Shown here piece after piece: positions 1 through 9,101 of a stretch of DNA of 64,000 nucleotides. Positions within the stretch are counted from its first letter, which is position 1; each line of letters starts with the position of its first letter. The position numbers and the translations under genes were made by a program. The notes beneath the pieces were generated by a model that ran no database searches, was not told the origin of the DNA, and saw nothing but the letters and a program-made list of their open reading frames with translations. The DNA comes from Candidatus Caenarcanales bacterium (GTDB lineage: Bacteria > Cyanobacteriota > Vampirovibrionia > 2-02-FULL-35-15): positions 140,012 to 204,011 of the forward strand of contig JAGVKQ010000020.1 of assembly GCA_020050435.1 (NCBI GenBank). The letters are read 5' to 3'.

Positions 1-152
1 GAATCTTTTCAGGCATTAAAAGCTTTTATCCTTATTAAATAAATCTTAACTTTATATACACTGATAGTAGCTAGGTTAAAAGAAGGGAGTCAAGATATAA
101 AAATAAAGAAAAAATGAAGAGTATTTTAGCTGGAACTGATAAACTAGTATAA

Positions 153-1874
153 ATGTCCTTTTCAACAGACAAAATTAAAATTGAAAGAATTAAAACAGAT
201 TTTTTAATCATTGGAGCAGGAGCTGCTGGTTGTTTTGCAGCATATGAAGCTAGAAAGCTAAATCCAGATATTGATATAGTAATTTTAGAAAAAGCACACA
301 TAGACAGAAGCGGATGCTTAGCCGCTGGTATTAATGCCATAAATGCTTATATAAATGCAGGACAAAGCCCTGAAAGTTTTTTAGAGTATGTAAAAAAAGA
401 TTCTATGGATTTAATTAGAGAAGATTTGGTTTACAGCATAGCTAAAGAAGTTAACCATGCAGTAGATCTTTTAGAAGAATGGGGATTGCCTATACCTAAA
501 GATGAAAATGGTGAAAGATATGCACGTGGACGTGGATCTATTATAGTTCAGGGTGAAAGAATAAAACCAATCATTGCTCAAGCTGTAAAAAGTACAAAAG
601 CAAAAGTTTTAAATAGAGTAGTAGTTACAAACCTGATTAAAAAAGGAAATAAAATTCTTGGTGCTTATGGTTTTGGAGTTAGAGATGGAAAGTTTTATAT
701 AGTAGAAGCTAAAGCTACTCTTGTTGCTACTGGTGGAGCAGGTGGTATTTACAAACCTAACAATGAAGGTAATGCCAGACATAAAATTTGGTACTCACCA
801 TTTAATACTGGAGCTGGCTATGCTATCGGAATAAGAGCCGGTGCTGAAATGACGACTTTTGAAATGCGCTATGTAAGTATGCGTATAAAAGATCTCATGG
901 CACCTACAGGAGCAGTCGCTCAGGGTGTAAAAGCTCAGCAAGTAAACGCTCTAGGTGAAAGATATCTAGAAGATCGTTATGGAGATTTAGGTGGGCGACA
1001 AATGCCGACATCTGCTCGTTTGTTAGCAACTCTTCAGGAAAATGCAGAGGGAAGAGGTCCATGCTATTTAGATACCACTCATCTTACGAAAGAACAAGCT
1101 GAAAGATTAAAAGCATATTACCTCCACATGACACCTGGACTTACTCTTTATTGGTCAGTAAAATCTACCAGCCCGAAAAATGACCCTCCAGAAATAGTAG
1201 GAACTGAGCCTTACATCGTAGGTGGTCATGCACAGGCTGGTTATTGGATAGATATAAATAGAAAAGCTACTCTTGAAAACTTATATGCAGCAGGAGATGT
1301 AGCAGGCGGCGCTCCTAAAAAATATGTTTCAGGCTCAGGTGTAGAAGGAATGATTGCAGCAAGAGATATAAACTCAAAATTAGGTTCTTTAAATCATGAA
1401 GAGATAAATGATCATGAAATTAAAGAAGAAATGCACAGGGTTTTTAATCACATGAATAAAGAAAGTATTTCGATTTTACCGGATGAGTTAGAACTAAGAA
1501 TGCAAAAAATAATGGATGACTATGCTGGTGGCATTTCTAGTGGCTATGTTTTAAATGAGCAAAAACTTTCAAAAGCAAGAAAATATATCAAACATTTAAA
1601 AGAAGATTCCAAATATTTATATGGAAACAATTTACATGAATTAATGAAATGTCATGAGGTTATAGACAGATTAGATGTAGCCACTGTACTTATAGAACAT
1701 TTAAGCTATAGAAAAGAAACTAGATGGCCTATCTACCAATCAAGAGGCGACTACCCTAATAGAGATGATAAAAACTGGTTGAAGTTTGTTAATTCAGTAT
1801 ATGATAATAAGAGTGGAGAAGTTAAAATTGTAGAGAGGGAATGTAAGCCAGTTTCACTACTTGCAACAAAATAA
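153..1874 (+). CDS. aprA: adenylylsulfate (APS) reductase alpha-subunit-like FAD flavoprotein (AprA family), compact 573 aa
   Basis: N-terminal FAD fold DFLIIGAGAAGCFAAYEA. Blocks REDLVYSIAKEVNHAVDLLEEWGLPIP, NLHELMKCHE and C-terminal RKETRWPIY...DKNWLKFVNSV closely mirror sulfate-reducer AprA as I remember it. About 90 aa shorter than canonical AprA. Confidence 0.75.
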   Translation: MSFSTDKIKIERIKTDFLIIGAGAAGCFAAYEARKLNPDIDIVILEKAHIDRSGCLAAGINAINAYINAGQSPESFLEYVKKDSMDLIREDLVYSIAKEVNHAVDLLEEWGLPIPKDENGERYARGRGSIIVQGERIKPIIAQAVKSTKAKVLNRVVVTNLIKKGNKILGAYGFGVRDGKFYIVEAKATLVATGGAGGIYKPNNEGNARHKIWYSPFNTGAGYAIGIRAGAEMTTFEMRYVSMRIKDLMAPTGAVAQGVKAQQVNALGERYLEDRYGDLGGRQMPTSARLLATLQENAEGRGPCYLDTTHLTKEQAERLKAYYLHMTPGLTLYWSVKSTSPKNDPPEIVGTEPYIVGGHAQAGYWIDINRKATLENLYAAGDVAGGAPKKYVSGSGVEGMIAARDINSKLGSLNHEEINDHEIKEEMHRVFNHMNKESISILPDELELRMQKIMDDYAGGISSGYVLNEQKLSKARKYIKHLKEDSKYLYGNNLHELMKCHEVIDRLDVATVLIEHLSYRKETRWPIYQSRGDYPNRDDKNWLKFVNSVYDNKSGEVKIVERECKPVSLLATK

Positions 1875-1875
1875 A

Positions 1876-2298
1876 ATGGGCATATTAATCGATCAAAATT
1901 CATGCAATGGCTGTGGTTTCCCAGAAAGCGAAACTCCATGCAATATGGCATGTCCAGGCGATCTTATTTTTATGCAATCAAATGGAAAAGCAGAAATCTG
2001 TTGTAATGCTGACTGTTGGGATTGTTGTGCCTGCATAAAAATCTGCCCTCAACAGGCTATAGAACTTCAACTTCCTTTTGAAATAACAGGAAAAGAAGGC
2101 AGCTTAAAAGCCAGAGCTTATAGAGAAAAAACGGTCTGGACTGCAAGAGATGCAAATGGAAATGAAGAAATTTTTGAAACGCCAGCTAGAAATGAGTCCT
2201 CATTAAAGAATTTAATTAATCCAGAAGAATTTAGTGATGTAGTAGATTCATACAAGGGGATTTCTAAATCTTTTACAGATTTAGGTCAAGGAATTTAA
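1876..2298 (+). CDS. aprB: APS reductase beta-subunit-like iron-sulfur protein (AprB family)
   Basis: Two ferredoxin-like Cys clusters, CNGCGFPESETPCNMACPGD and CWDCCACIKICPQQAI, matching the AprB pattern CxxC..CxxxCP / CWxCxxCxxxCP. The track ORF begins at TTG 1861; the likelier start is ATG 1876, one nt after the aprA stop (taaaATG coupling). Confidence 0.7.
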   Translation: MGILIDQNSCNGCGFPESETPCNMACPGDLIFMQSNGKAEICCNADCWDCCACIKICPQQAIELQLPFEITGKEGSLKARAYREKTVWTARDANGNEEIFETPARNESSLKNLINPEEFSDVVDSYKGISKSFTDLGQGI

Positions 2299-2299
2299 G

Positions 2300-2836
2300 A
2301 TGTACAATCATTTAGAAGCAGCGGAACTTGCAAATTCTTTTTACTATACATTTAATACAATCCCCCAAGTAGTTACTACAATGATTGGATTATTAGGGGC
2401 ATTTAGCTTATTTAATATTCAACTACTTGATACTGAGCTTTTTAATACTGCAAATGTACTATTTACATACTACATGGAGTCAAACCTAAAATTGCCTTCA
2501 CCGACTTTATTAGAAACTAAGAATTTCACAGAGTTTTTAAGTTATATAAAGAGTCACCCAAAGCCTACAAATATTCATTTCGAGCCTAGGTTTGAAAGGT
2601 TTGAAATTTTACTAAGCAGAAAAATCAAGCTTGTGAAAGATTTGAAATATTCCCTTTTATTAACTTCTGTAATAGTAATTATTTCGATTATTTTTTTAAT
2701 GCTTACTCCAGATCTAACCAGATTAGAAACTACAGTTAATTGGATTGATTCGGCATGCTTTGGAGTAGGAATTGTTGGAGTTATGTTTTGTCTTAGAAGT
2801 TATTACATGCTTATTATTAATTCTCTGGATAAATAG
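2300..2836 (+). CDS. small integral membrane protein (about 3 TM), translationally coupled to aprB
   Basis: Starts 2 nt after the aprB stop. Hydrophobic helices MIGLLGAFSLFNI, LLLTSVIVIISIIFLMLT, ACFGVGIVGVMFCL. No recognisable family. Confidence 0.5.
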   Translation: MYNHLEAAELANSFYYTFNTIPQVVTTMIGLLGAFSLFNIQLLDTELFNTANVLFTYYMESNLKLPSPTLLETKNFTEFLSYIKSHPKPTNIHFEPRFERFEILLSRKIKLVKDLKYSLLLTSVIVIISIIFLMLTPDLTRLETTVNWIDSACFGVGIVGVMFCLRSYYMLIINSLDK

Positions 2837-2907
2837 GTAAATCGTAACATTTCACCTCGTAATACACCAATTTCATTTAATTAATAGCTAATCTAAATTT
2901 GTGCTTT

Positions 2908-3930
2908 ATGCTTAATAGAAATAAAATCTTTTTTTTCATATTAGTAGTATTTTTAAATTTACTTTTATGCCTGAAATCAAATGCCCATCATGGTGGGGAA
3001 GGAATTAGTGGTGTAGGTGTAGCAGGACCTATAATTACTATTCCTGCTTATACTCTGCCCAAAGGATTAAAATATATAAATCTTCTTACTGATTACACTA
3101 ACTATAATGAGTTTTCAGACAATAAATTAATGCAATTAGATAGAAGAGGTGAGCACATCCATAGCGCCGCACATCTTTTTATACCCAGTGTAGGATTAGG
3201 ATATGGATTAACTGATAACTTAACCATAGGGGTTAGAGTTCCTTATATTTTTAGATTTGGGTTAAGAGACATTCATGATGCAAAAGTAGGAAAAAGAGGA
3301 AATTCAATAGGCATAGGCGATATAACTTTTTTCTCTCAATATAGATTTTTAAAGAATGAAAAACATCATCTCCACGCGGCTCTTTTAACAGGGTTGAAAA
3401 TACCATCAGGAGTAAGAAGAGCAAAAGGAAGAGATGATGAAATTTTTGAAGCAGATGAACAACCAGGCTCCGGTTCATGGGATCCGTTAGTAGGTATTGC
3501 AATTAGCAAGAAAATAAAAGGATTTTCTTTAGATGCTAATGGCTTATATAAATTCACGACTAAAGGTGCACAGGGATCTAATCTTGGAGATCTTGTAAAT
3601 TATAATCTTGCATTGTCACACAGATTTTTAAGAGATCATGATTTAAGTTTTAGTAAAAAAAATGTTAACTCAAGATTCACCAATAAACTTTATGGTGATG
3701 CTATCTTTGAAATTAATGGCTCATGGTCAGCCAAACCAAATACATTTCATGGATTTATAGATCAGAATCACGGCGGGAATTTAGTTTATCTATCGCCTGG
3801 AGTAAGACTCACTTATGATAAGAAATGGATTTGGTATGCTTCATGTGGCTTTCCTACCATTGAAAACCTTAACGGCAGGGCAAAAGCCCCTAGCTTTAGG
3901 CTAGTTTCAGGAATTACGCGGGCTTTTTAA
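2908..3930 (+). CDS. putative outer-membrane beta-barrel protein, paralog 1 (signal peptide, HHGGEG motif, C-terminal Phe)
   Basis: Sec signal peptide then AHHGGEGISGVGVAGPIITIPAYTLPKG. Alternating beta-strand-like pattern. Ends ...ITRAF (C-terminal aromatic typical of OMPs). ATG 2908 is the likely start; the track begins at TTG 2899. Confidence 0.5.
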   Translation: MLNRNKIFFFILVVFLNLLLCLKSNAHHGGEGISGVGVAGPIITIPAYTLPKGLKYINLLTDYTNYNEFSDNKLMQLDRRGEHIHSAAHLFIPSVGLGYGLTDNLTIGVRVPYIFRFGLRDIHDAKVGKRGNSIGIGDITFFSQYRFLKNEKHHLHAALLTGLKIPSGVRRAKGRDDEIFEADEQPGSGSWDPLVGIAISKKIKGFSLDANGLYKFTTKGAQGSNLGDLVNYNLALSHRFLRDHDLSFSKKNVNSRFTNKLYGDAIFEINGSWSAKPNTFHGFIDQNHGGNLVYLSPGVRLTYDKKWIWYASCGFPTIENLNGRAKAPSFRLVSGITRAF

Positions 3931-3985
3931 GTTCTGCTTTATTGTAATACTGTTGCAATAAGAAAAAATCTGGTAAAATAATTGA

Positions 3986-4999
3986 ATGCTTTTTCAATTC
4001 ATATTCTCTTTAATAATTGCTTTTTTTATTTCAACTAATTCTTCTTTAGCTCACCATGGCGGAGAAGGTGGACTAGGTGGCGGTGCTGGAATAGCTGGAC
4101 CCATAGTAACTATACCTGCTTACCCATTACCAAAAGGAAGTAAGTTTATAAGCTTAATTACAAATTACAATAACGAAAACATTTTCTCAGATTCCAAATT
4201 AAGCCGCCTTGGCAAAAGAGGAGAAGAAGTAGATATAGTAGAAAATACACTTACCCCTTCATTAACAGTAGGATATGGTTTTACTGAAAAGTCTTCATTA
4301 AGTGCAAGTATTCCTTATCTCTTTAAATTTGGAATAAGAAGAGTAGAAGAGTCACCCGTAGTAACAAATAAAGGAAATTCAATCGGTGTAGGAGATATAA
4401 ATTTATTTGGCTTATATGAGTTGGTTCATAGTGAAAAGCATGATTTACATACAGCCCTTTTATATGGTCTAAAAATACCTACTGGAGTTAGAAGAACAAA
4501 AGACCATTCAGGAAATATATATAAAGCAGAGCATCAACCCAGTACAGGTTCTTGGGACCCTTCTTTAGGACTTTCCGTAAGTAAGCATGCAGGGATTTTA
4601 CATTTAGATGCAAATGGCATGTATAGATTTTCGACTAAAGGTATTCAAGATACTACCTTAGGAGATATAGTTTCATACAACTTAGCTACATCCTATTTAG
4701 TTGGAACTAAAAATACCAGATTTGATAAACTCTTTCCTAAAAAAATATTTGGTCATGAAAGTAGTTGGCATTTAATCGGAGAAATAAATGGCTCCTGGGT
4801 AGAAAAACCTAAAAGTCCAGAAGGCAGAGAAGAAAATGAAGGTGGAACGCTTGTCTATCTTTCCCCTGGAATGAGATTGATACTGGATAAGAAATGGGTT
4901 ACAAACCTATCAGTAGGTCTTCCTACTATTCATAATTTAAATGGTAGAAGGCAACCGCCAAATGTCAGAGTTATTTTAGGCGTTACGAGAGTATTTTAG
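3986..4999 (+). CDS. putative outer-membrane beta-barrel protein, paralog 2
   Basis: Signal peptide then AHHGGEGGLGGGAGIAGPIVTIPAYPLPKG. Collinear similarity to the 2908-3930 protein along the whole length. Ends ...VTRVF. Confidence 0.5.
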   Translation: MLFQFIFSLIIAFFISTNSSLAHHGGEGGLGGGAGIAGPIVTIPAYPLPKGSKFISLITNYNNENIFSDSKLSRLGKRGEEVDIVENTLTPSLTVGYGFTEKSSLSASIPYLFKFGIRRVEESPVVTNKGNSIGVGDINLFGLYELVHSEKHDLHTALLYGLKIPTGVRRTKDHSGNIYKAEHQPSTGSWDPSLGLSVSKHAGILHLDANGMYRFSTKGIQDTTLGDIVSYNLATSYLVGTKNTRFDKLFPKKIFGHESSWHLIGEINGSWVEKPKSPEGREENEGGTLVYLSPGMRLILDKKWVTNLSVGLPTIHNLNGRRQPPNVRVILGVTRVF

Positions 5000-5142
5000 A
5001 ACTCAGCTACAATTCCAAAACAAGCTATAAGAATCAACCAGAAAAAAAAGTGAAGATAGAAAAAGGTAAAGCTAAAGAAAATTTGTACCTGTGTTTTGCT
5101 GGTATCTTTTGCTATTAGTTTTGCATCTTTTACTGTAGCCAT
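4996..5142 (-). CDS. small hydrophobic protein (48 aa), last gene of the respiratory operon
   Basis: Read by eye, not in the ORF track: MATVKDAKLIAKDTSKTQVQIFFSFTFFYLHFFFWLILIACFGIVAEF. SD aagagga 6-12 nt upstream, overlapping the stop of the MvhD-like gene. Confidence 0.3.
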   Translation of the reverse strand: MATVKDAKLIAKDTSKTQVQIFFSFTFFYLHFFFWLILIACFGIVAEF

Positions 5143-5154
5143 ATTTTTATCCTC

Positions 5155-5559
5155 TTATGATTTCACTTCTGGAGCTGGTAAAGCATCTAAGTCTTTTTCA
5201 AAATGATTTAATTTATCTATCAAAGTTCCATAGTCACATTTTGCTAACCAATATCCACGTACTTTTTCTTTAGGTACTGTTTTTTTAATGTTTGGTGGAC
5301 GTGTGCCGAGTAGTCTTTCCTGACACCATTTGTTTCCTTCTCTATAGTGACAGTCACCTATCTGACAACCCATTACAAAAACACCTTCAGCACCTTGTTT
5401 GAATGCTTCCTCTATCATGATGGGCTGAATCATACCTGAACATGTAACTTCTAAAATTGAAACATTATCTTTTTCTACAAGCTTGTTATTTTTAACCCTT
5501 TTCTTAAGGTCTACACTTCTTTCACAAACAATTCCTAATATTTTCTTTTTTTTGCTCAT
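5155..5559 (-). CDS. MvhD/FlpD-like protein (methyl-viologen-reducing hydrogenase delta-subunit domain)
   Basis: VTCSGMIQP ... FVMGCQIGDCHYREGNKWCQ, the conserved Cys pattern of the MvhD/FlpD domain that accompanies HdrA/QmoB-type electron-transfer modules. Confidence 0.6.
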   Translation of the reverse strand: MSKKKKILGIVCERSVDLKKRVKNNKLVEKDNVSILEVTCSGMIQPIMIEEAFKQGAEGVFVMGCQIGDCHYREGNKWCQERLLGTRPPNIKKTVPKEKVRGYWLAKCDYGTLIDKLNHFEKDLDALPAPEVKS

Positions 5560-5569
5560 GATTTATTCC

Positions 5570-6694
5570 TTATGCAGGCTCCTTGAGAAGATCACTAATT
5601 TTAGTTATAACTTCTTTTGAATGATTTTGTGGAAGATCAATCGCTTTAAATGCACACGCTCCTACACAAAGTCCACACTCCGAACATCTGGCATCTATAA
5701 CTACTGCAAGCTGTTTATACTTAGGATGATCAGTTCTAGGTACCATGTAAATAGCTTCATAAGGACAATCTTTAGCACATAATGTACAACCAACACAATT
5801 GGTTAAACTAACAACAGCTGGTGCTTTTTCTTTATCAGTAACTAAAAATGGAAGAGCAAATAATAATGTAGTGGCTATAAAAACTATTGTCCAGACTATT
5901 AATGCAGGCATACCTGAGAACATAGGGAATATCCATAAATAGAACCAATCTAAAGGAAACTGAGTAGGCAATTTAGTAAGCACTGCTGGATTTACACTAG
6001 CTACTGGATAAACTGAAGCTGGAATCATTATGGATGAAAGAAGCAACAATCCTAGTCCAAGAGGTACGTCTGTAACCGGTCTTGAGATTCTTAAATAATG
6101 TAACCATAAGAGAAATAAGAGTGAAAATGAGATTCCAATATGGAAGAAAAAAGACATTGCTAAAGTATAGTGAGAAATAACATCACCATTAACAAAAATT
6201 TTAGCTAGTGGTAAACCCAAGAAAGGGATTTGCTTTAAAGCATCAGTCATAGCTAAAACTATCATGTATGATCTTTCATCCCATACAAGAATATATCCAG
6301 TTATACCTATGATTAACATTCCAATTAAAAGTACTACACCTGAATACCATGCAATCCAACGATACTTTCTATATCTGTCAGTGAAATAAACTCTAATAGC
6401 ATGAACCAATACTGCAATCATCATGGCATCAGCAGCATATCTATGTAAACCACGAATAATATTTCCAAATGGAAGTTTTGTAGTAATAAAATTGACTGAA
6501 ATATAAGCACTGTCTAAAGTAGGTTGATAATAAACAAATAAAAGAAGTCCTGTAATAAACAAAGTCCACATGAAAAAGTTTGGAACTGCACCATGATAGT
6601 AAAAAGGATTGTACTGCTGAGTAAAAACTTTATTTAAACCTTTTTCAAAAGTTATGGTGGCTTCTTGTAGTTTTTCTAATGTCTCTTTGTACAT
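5570..6694 (-). CDS. cytochrome b(6)-like membrane domain fused to a C-terminal 2x[4Fe-4S] ferredoxin domain
   Basis: Helix-B pair RGLHRYAADAMMIAVLVHAIRVY (H-x13-H) and helix-D pair HIGISFSLLFLLWLH (H-x13-H), typical of the cytochrome b N-terminal domain. C-terminus CVGCTLCAKDCP ... CSECGLCVGACAF = two CxxCxxCxxxC(P) clusters. Confidence 0.65.
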   Translation of the reverse strand: MYKETLEKLQEATITFEKGLNKVFTQQYNPFYYHGAVPNFFMWTLFITGLLLFVYYQPTLDSAYISVNFITTKLPFGNIIRGLHRYAADAMMIAVLVHAIRVYFTDRYRKYRWIAWYSGVVLLIGMLIIGITGYILVWDERSYMIVLAMTDALKQIPFLGLPLAKIFVNGDVISHYTLAMSFFFHIGISFSLLFLLWLHYLRISRPVTDVPLGLGLLLLSSIMIPASVYPVASVNPAVLTKLPTQFPLDWFYLWIFPMFSGMPALIVWTIVFIATTLLFALPFLVTDKEKAPAVVSLTNCVGCTLCAKDCPYEAIYMVPRTDHPKYKQLAVVIDARCSECGLCVGACAFKAIDLPQNHSKEVITKISDLLKEPA

Positions 6695-6702
6695 AACTCC
6701 TC

Positions 6703-6942
6703 TTACTTTTTAGCCTTTTCTTTAGCAGGGTTAGTTTCTTCATTATCATCATTTTGGGTAAGAATAATAAAAGAAACAGCAGCTAAAATCCCTAAGATTC
6801 CATAATATTTGCCAAATGCTACATCCTGGAAATTCCACTCACTAATACCAAGGAAATAGAGCAAACCTAATGTACCGCCAGCACATAGTAAAGCAACAAT
6901 CATTTGAATAGTATTTTTCATTTTGCTTTTCTCCTTATCCAT
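6703..6942 (-). CDS. small membrane protein (79 aa, 2 TM)
   Basis: Hydrophobic ORF packed between the cyt b genes; overlaps its neighbour by 25 nt. Confidence 0.4.
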   Translation of the reverse strand: MDKEKSKMKNTIQMIVALLCAGGTLGLLYFLGISEWNFQDVAFGKYYGILGILAAVSFIILTQNDDNEETNPAKEKAKK

Positions 6943-7187
6943 TCATAAGGACCAAATTCTTTACCTAAATTGTTTTTTTCTTTTTCTTCAAAGTAAATCC
7001 AATATCCAATAATAAATAGGGATAAAGCAAGTAAGAATAATGAGAAAACAGACATTGGTATATATTTAAATGTTTGATCAGCTGCAATCATTCTGCCTGA
7101 CTCAAAAAACATAGCTAATGCATAAGTAGCTGTACTAAAGACTATTATTCTGGCTATATTTATTTTTTCAATTAAGTTTTTAATCAT
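6918..7187 (-). CDS. small membrane protein (89 aa, 2 TM)
   Basis: Hydrophobic ORF; 4-nt overlap with the cytochrome b stop. Confidence 0.4.
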   Translation of the reverse strand: MIKNLIEKINIARIIVFSTATYALAMFFESGRMIAADQTFKYIPMSVFSLFLLALSLFIIGYWIYFEEKEKNNLGKEFGPYEWIRRKAK

Positions 7188-8509
7188 TGTGCAGGCATCA
7201 CCTCACCGACCATTTTCTTTCTAATTAATAAGTGCCACGTATAAGCAATCACTGTAGGGACCATACAAATACCAGTTCCTATTAACTGATCTTTTATAGT
7301 CAAGAAACCATTTAACAAACTAGGGAATGCCCAAAACATAACAAAAAGCGGACAGATAACATAAGCAATAAAATCCCCAACCATTACAGGCATTTTTTCT
7401 GGCTTTTCTGTTTTTTGTAAAATATACTGCCAGACAACACCAATCGCTATAAGTAGCCATGTACCACCTCTCCATATAGGTGGATCAGTATGAATATTTG
7501 CAATGTTCATTATGATAAGTGCTGAGAAAATAACAAACTCAATAAAGCCCATAATAACTACCATAAAGAAAATGGGTCTTCTAAAAATTTTAGTTTCAGG
7601 TCCTAAATCTAAAAATGGAAGTATAACTACAGTAAGAGGAATAAAAACAGTTAACGCTGTAGCCCAAACAGGTTCAATATATTTCAAGAACTGGTAAAGT
7701 GCAAGGAAATACCAATCTGAAAGAATAGGTAGTGGTGTAACACTAGGATCTGCTCTGTGTCCTATTTGTGCTGGCAATGCAATTGCAGCAAAGATAACCA
7801 TAGCTGTAGGTAATATTGCCATTTTCCAAGGCATGTTAAATCTCTTCAAACCATTTCTATAAAAATATAATTCAACTGCAATTAATGCAAGTAAACTAAA
7901 TGCAATATGAAAGCCATAAAATCTGGTCATGGTAGCTTGACCGATAGAACTACCACCAAGAAGAATCTGAGAGGTGTTTACACCGATGTGTGTAGGTCCA
8001 AGAATATAAAACTGCTCTAAGTATGTAGGAAATGTAGCAAAAACTTTTGTCGCCCAAAATGCTCTCTGATTCCAGATGAGAAGATACCCAGTAAGACCTG
8101 AGTACATTCCAAAAAGAAGTGTTACAAGACCAATAGCTACATTTAATTCTCTATTAGGTTTATAGTCTGCACAAATAAATATTCTATATAGTCTAATCGT
8201 AGCTGCAATAATAACTGCATCAGCACCATACTTATGAACACCTCTCATTAATGCACCAAAAGGAATTACATCCTGGATTTTAACGATAGAGTCATAAGCT
8301 TCACTAATAGAAGGTATATAAATAGCCATGAGTATACAGCCAGTAACCATGGTGATGACCCAAAATAACCATACAAGTGATCCAAGTGTATACCAAGGGT
8401 TTGTTTGAGCTTTATCTGCATAGTGTTCATCAAAAATATCAATGCCATTAATCATGGCTAGAACTTTATCTAGTAATGCTTTTGAAGATTTTTTAACTAT
8501 GTCGATCAT
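7184..8509 (-). CDS. cytochrome b of a Rieske/cyt b (bc-type) complex, long form 441 aa
   Basis: RGVHKYGADAVIIAATIRLYRIF, the cytochrome b helix-B heme-ligand block. Multiple further TM helices including a subunit-IV-like C-terminal part. Confidence 0.75.
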   Translation of the reverse strand: MIDIVKKSSKALLDKVLAMINGIDIFDEHYADKAQTNPWYTLGSLVWLFWVITMVTGCILMAIYIPSISEAYDSIVKIQDVIPFGALMRGVHKYGADAVIIAATIRLYRIFICADYKPNRELNVAIGLVTLLFGMYSGLTGYLLIWNQRAFWATKVFATFPTYLEQFYILGPTHIGVNTSQILLGGSSIGQATMTRFYGFHIAFSLLALIAVELYFYRNGLKRFNMPWKMAILPTAMVIFAAIALPAQIGHRADPSVTPLPILSDWYFLALYQFLKYIEPVWATALTVFIPLTVVILPFLDLGPETKIFRRPIFFMVVIMGFIEFVIFSALIIMNIANIHTDPPIWRGGTWLLIAIGVVWQYILQKTEKPEKMPVMVGDFIAYVICPLFVMFWAFPSLLNGFLTIKDQLIGTGICMVPTVIAYTWHLLIRKKMVGEVMPAQ

Positions 8510-8515
8510 GGTTTT

Positions 8516-9082
8516 TTACGCCACCCCTCCAGATTCAAGATCAGTAATTCTTAGTTTATTATTTTCAACAGTATAAACAAATTTTCTTGGTGGTCTAGGT
8601 GCAGGACCAGAAACAACTTTACCTTCTTGTTGGATATCAAATACACTTAAGTGACATGGACATGCAAAAACTGGACCATCAGGTCTATAGTTATATCCTT
8701 TAGCTACATCATCTGGAGCAGGTACATAGTTAAATACACAACCAAGATGAGGACAGATTCTACTATAAACAGCAAATTCACCAGTCGGTAGCCTTACAGC
8801 ATAACCAGGAATATCTTTAGTCTGAGTACCAATAGCTGTATATTCTTTATTTATCTGGGTAAAAGTAAATGCTTGAGCATCAAAGGCTTTAGGCATAAGT
8901 GAAAGATCTATTTCAACAGGAACTGCAGACCTAGGAAGATCTCCTCCTTGTAAATAATTTAAAGGTTTAATGGTAGGTTTTAAAAATCTCATTAAAGGAG
9001 ATACTGCTGCTGCTAATGCACCTAAAACAGGGATTGCTAATATTCCTTTTAATAAATTACGCCTTGTTGTCTCAATATCCAT
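8516..9082 (-). CDS. Rieske [2Fe-2S] iron-sulfur protein with twin-arginine signal
   Basis: Tat motif TRRNLLKG and membrane anchor. Rieske boxes CPHLGC and CPCHLS. Confidence 0.85.
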   Translation of the reverse strand: MDIETTRRNLLKGILAIPVLGALAAAVSPLMRFLKPTIKPLNYLQGGDLPRSAVPVEIDLSLMPKAFDAQAFTFTQINKEYTAIGTQTKDIPGYAVRLPTGEFAVYSRICPHLGCVFNYVPAPDDVAKGYNYRPDGPVFACPCHLSVFDIQQEGKVVSGPAPRPPRKFVYTVENNKLRITDLESGGVA

Positions 9083-9101
9083 TCCCTACCCCCAAATAAA
9101 A

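Noticed and set aside
71-340. 89-aa minus-strand ORF overlapping the aprA start
   Set aside because: It is antisense to the well-supported aprA N-terminus (FAD fold). Its composition is hydrophobic junk typical of antisense frames.
1751-1951. 66-aa minus-strand ORF across the aprA/aprB junction
   Set aside because: It is antisense to two strongly supported genes.
3251-3557. Two minus-strand ORFs (83 and 63 aa) inside the first OMP gene
   Set aside because: They are antisense to a gene supported by a paralog. There is no RBS.
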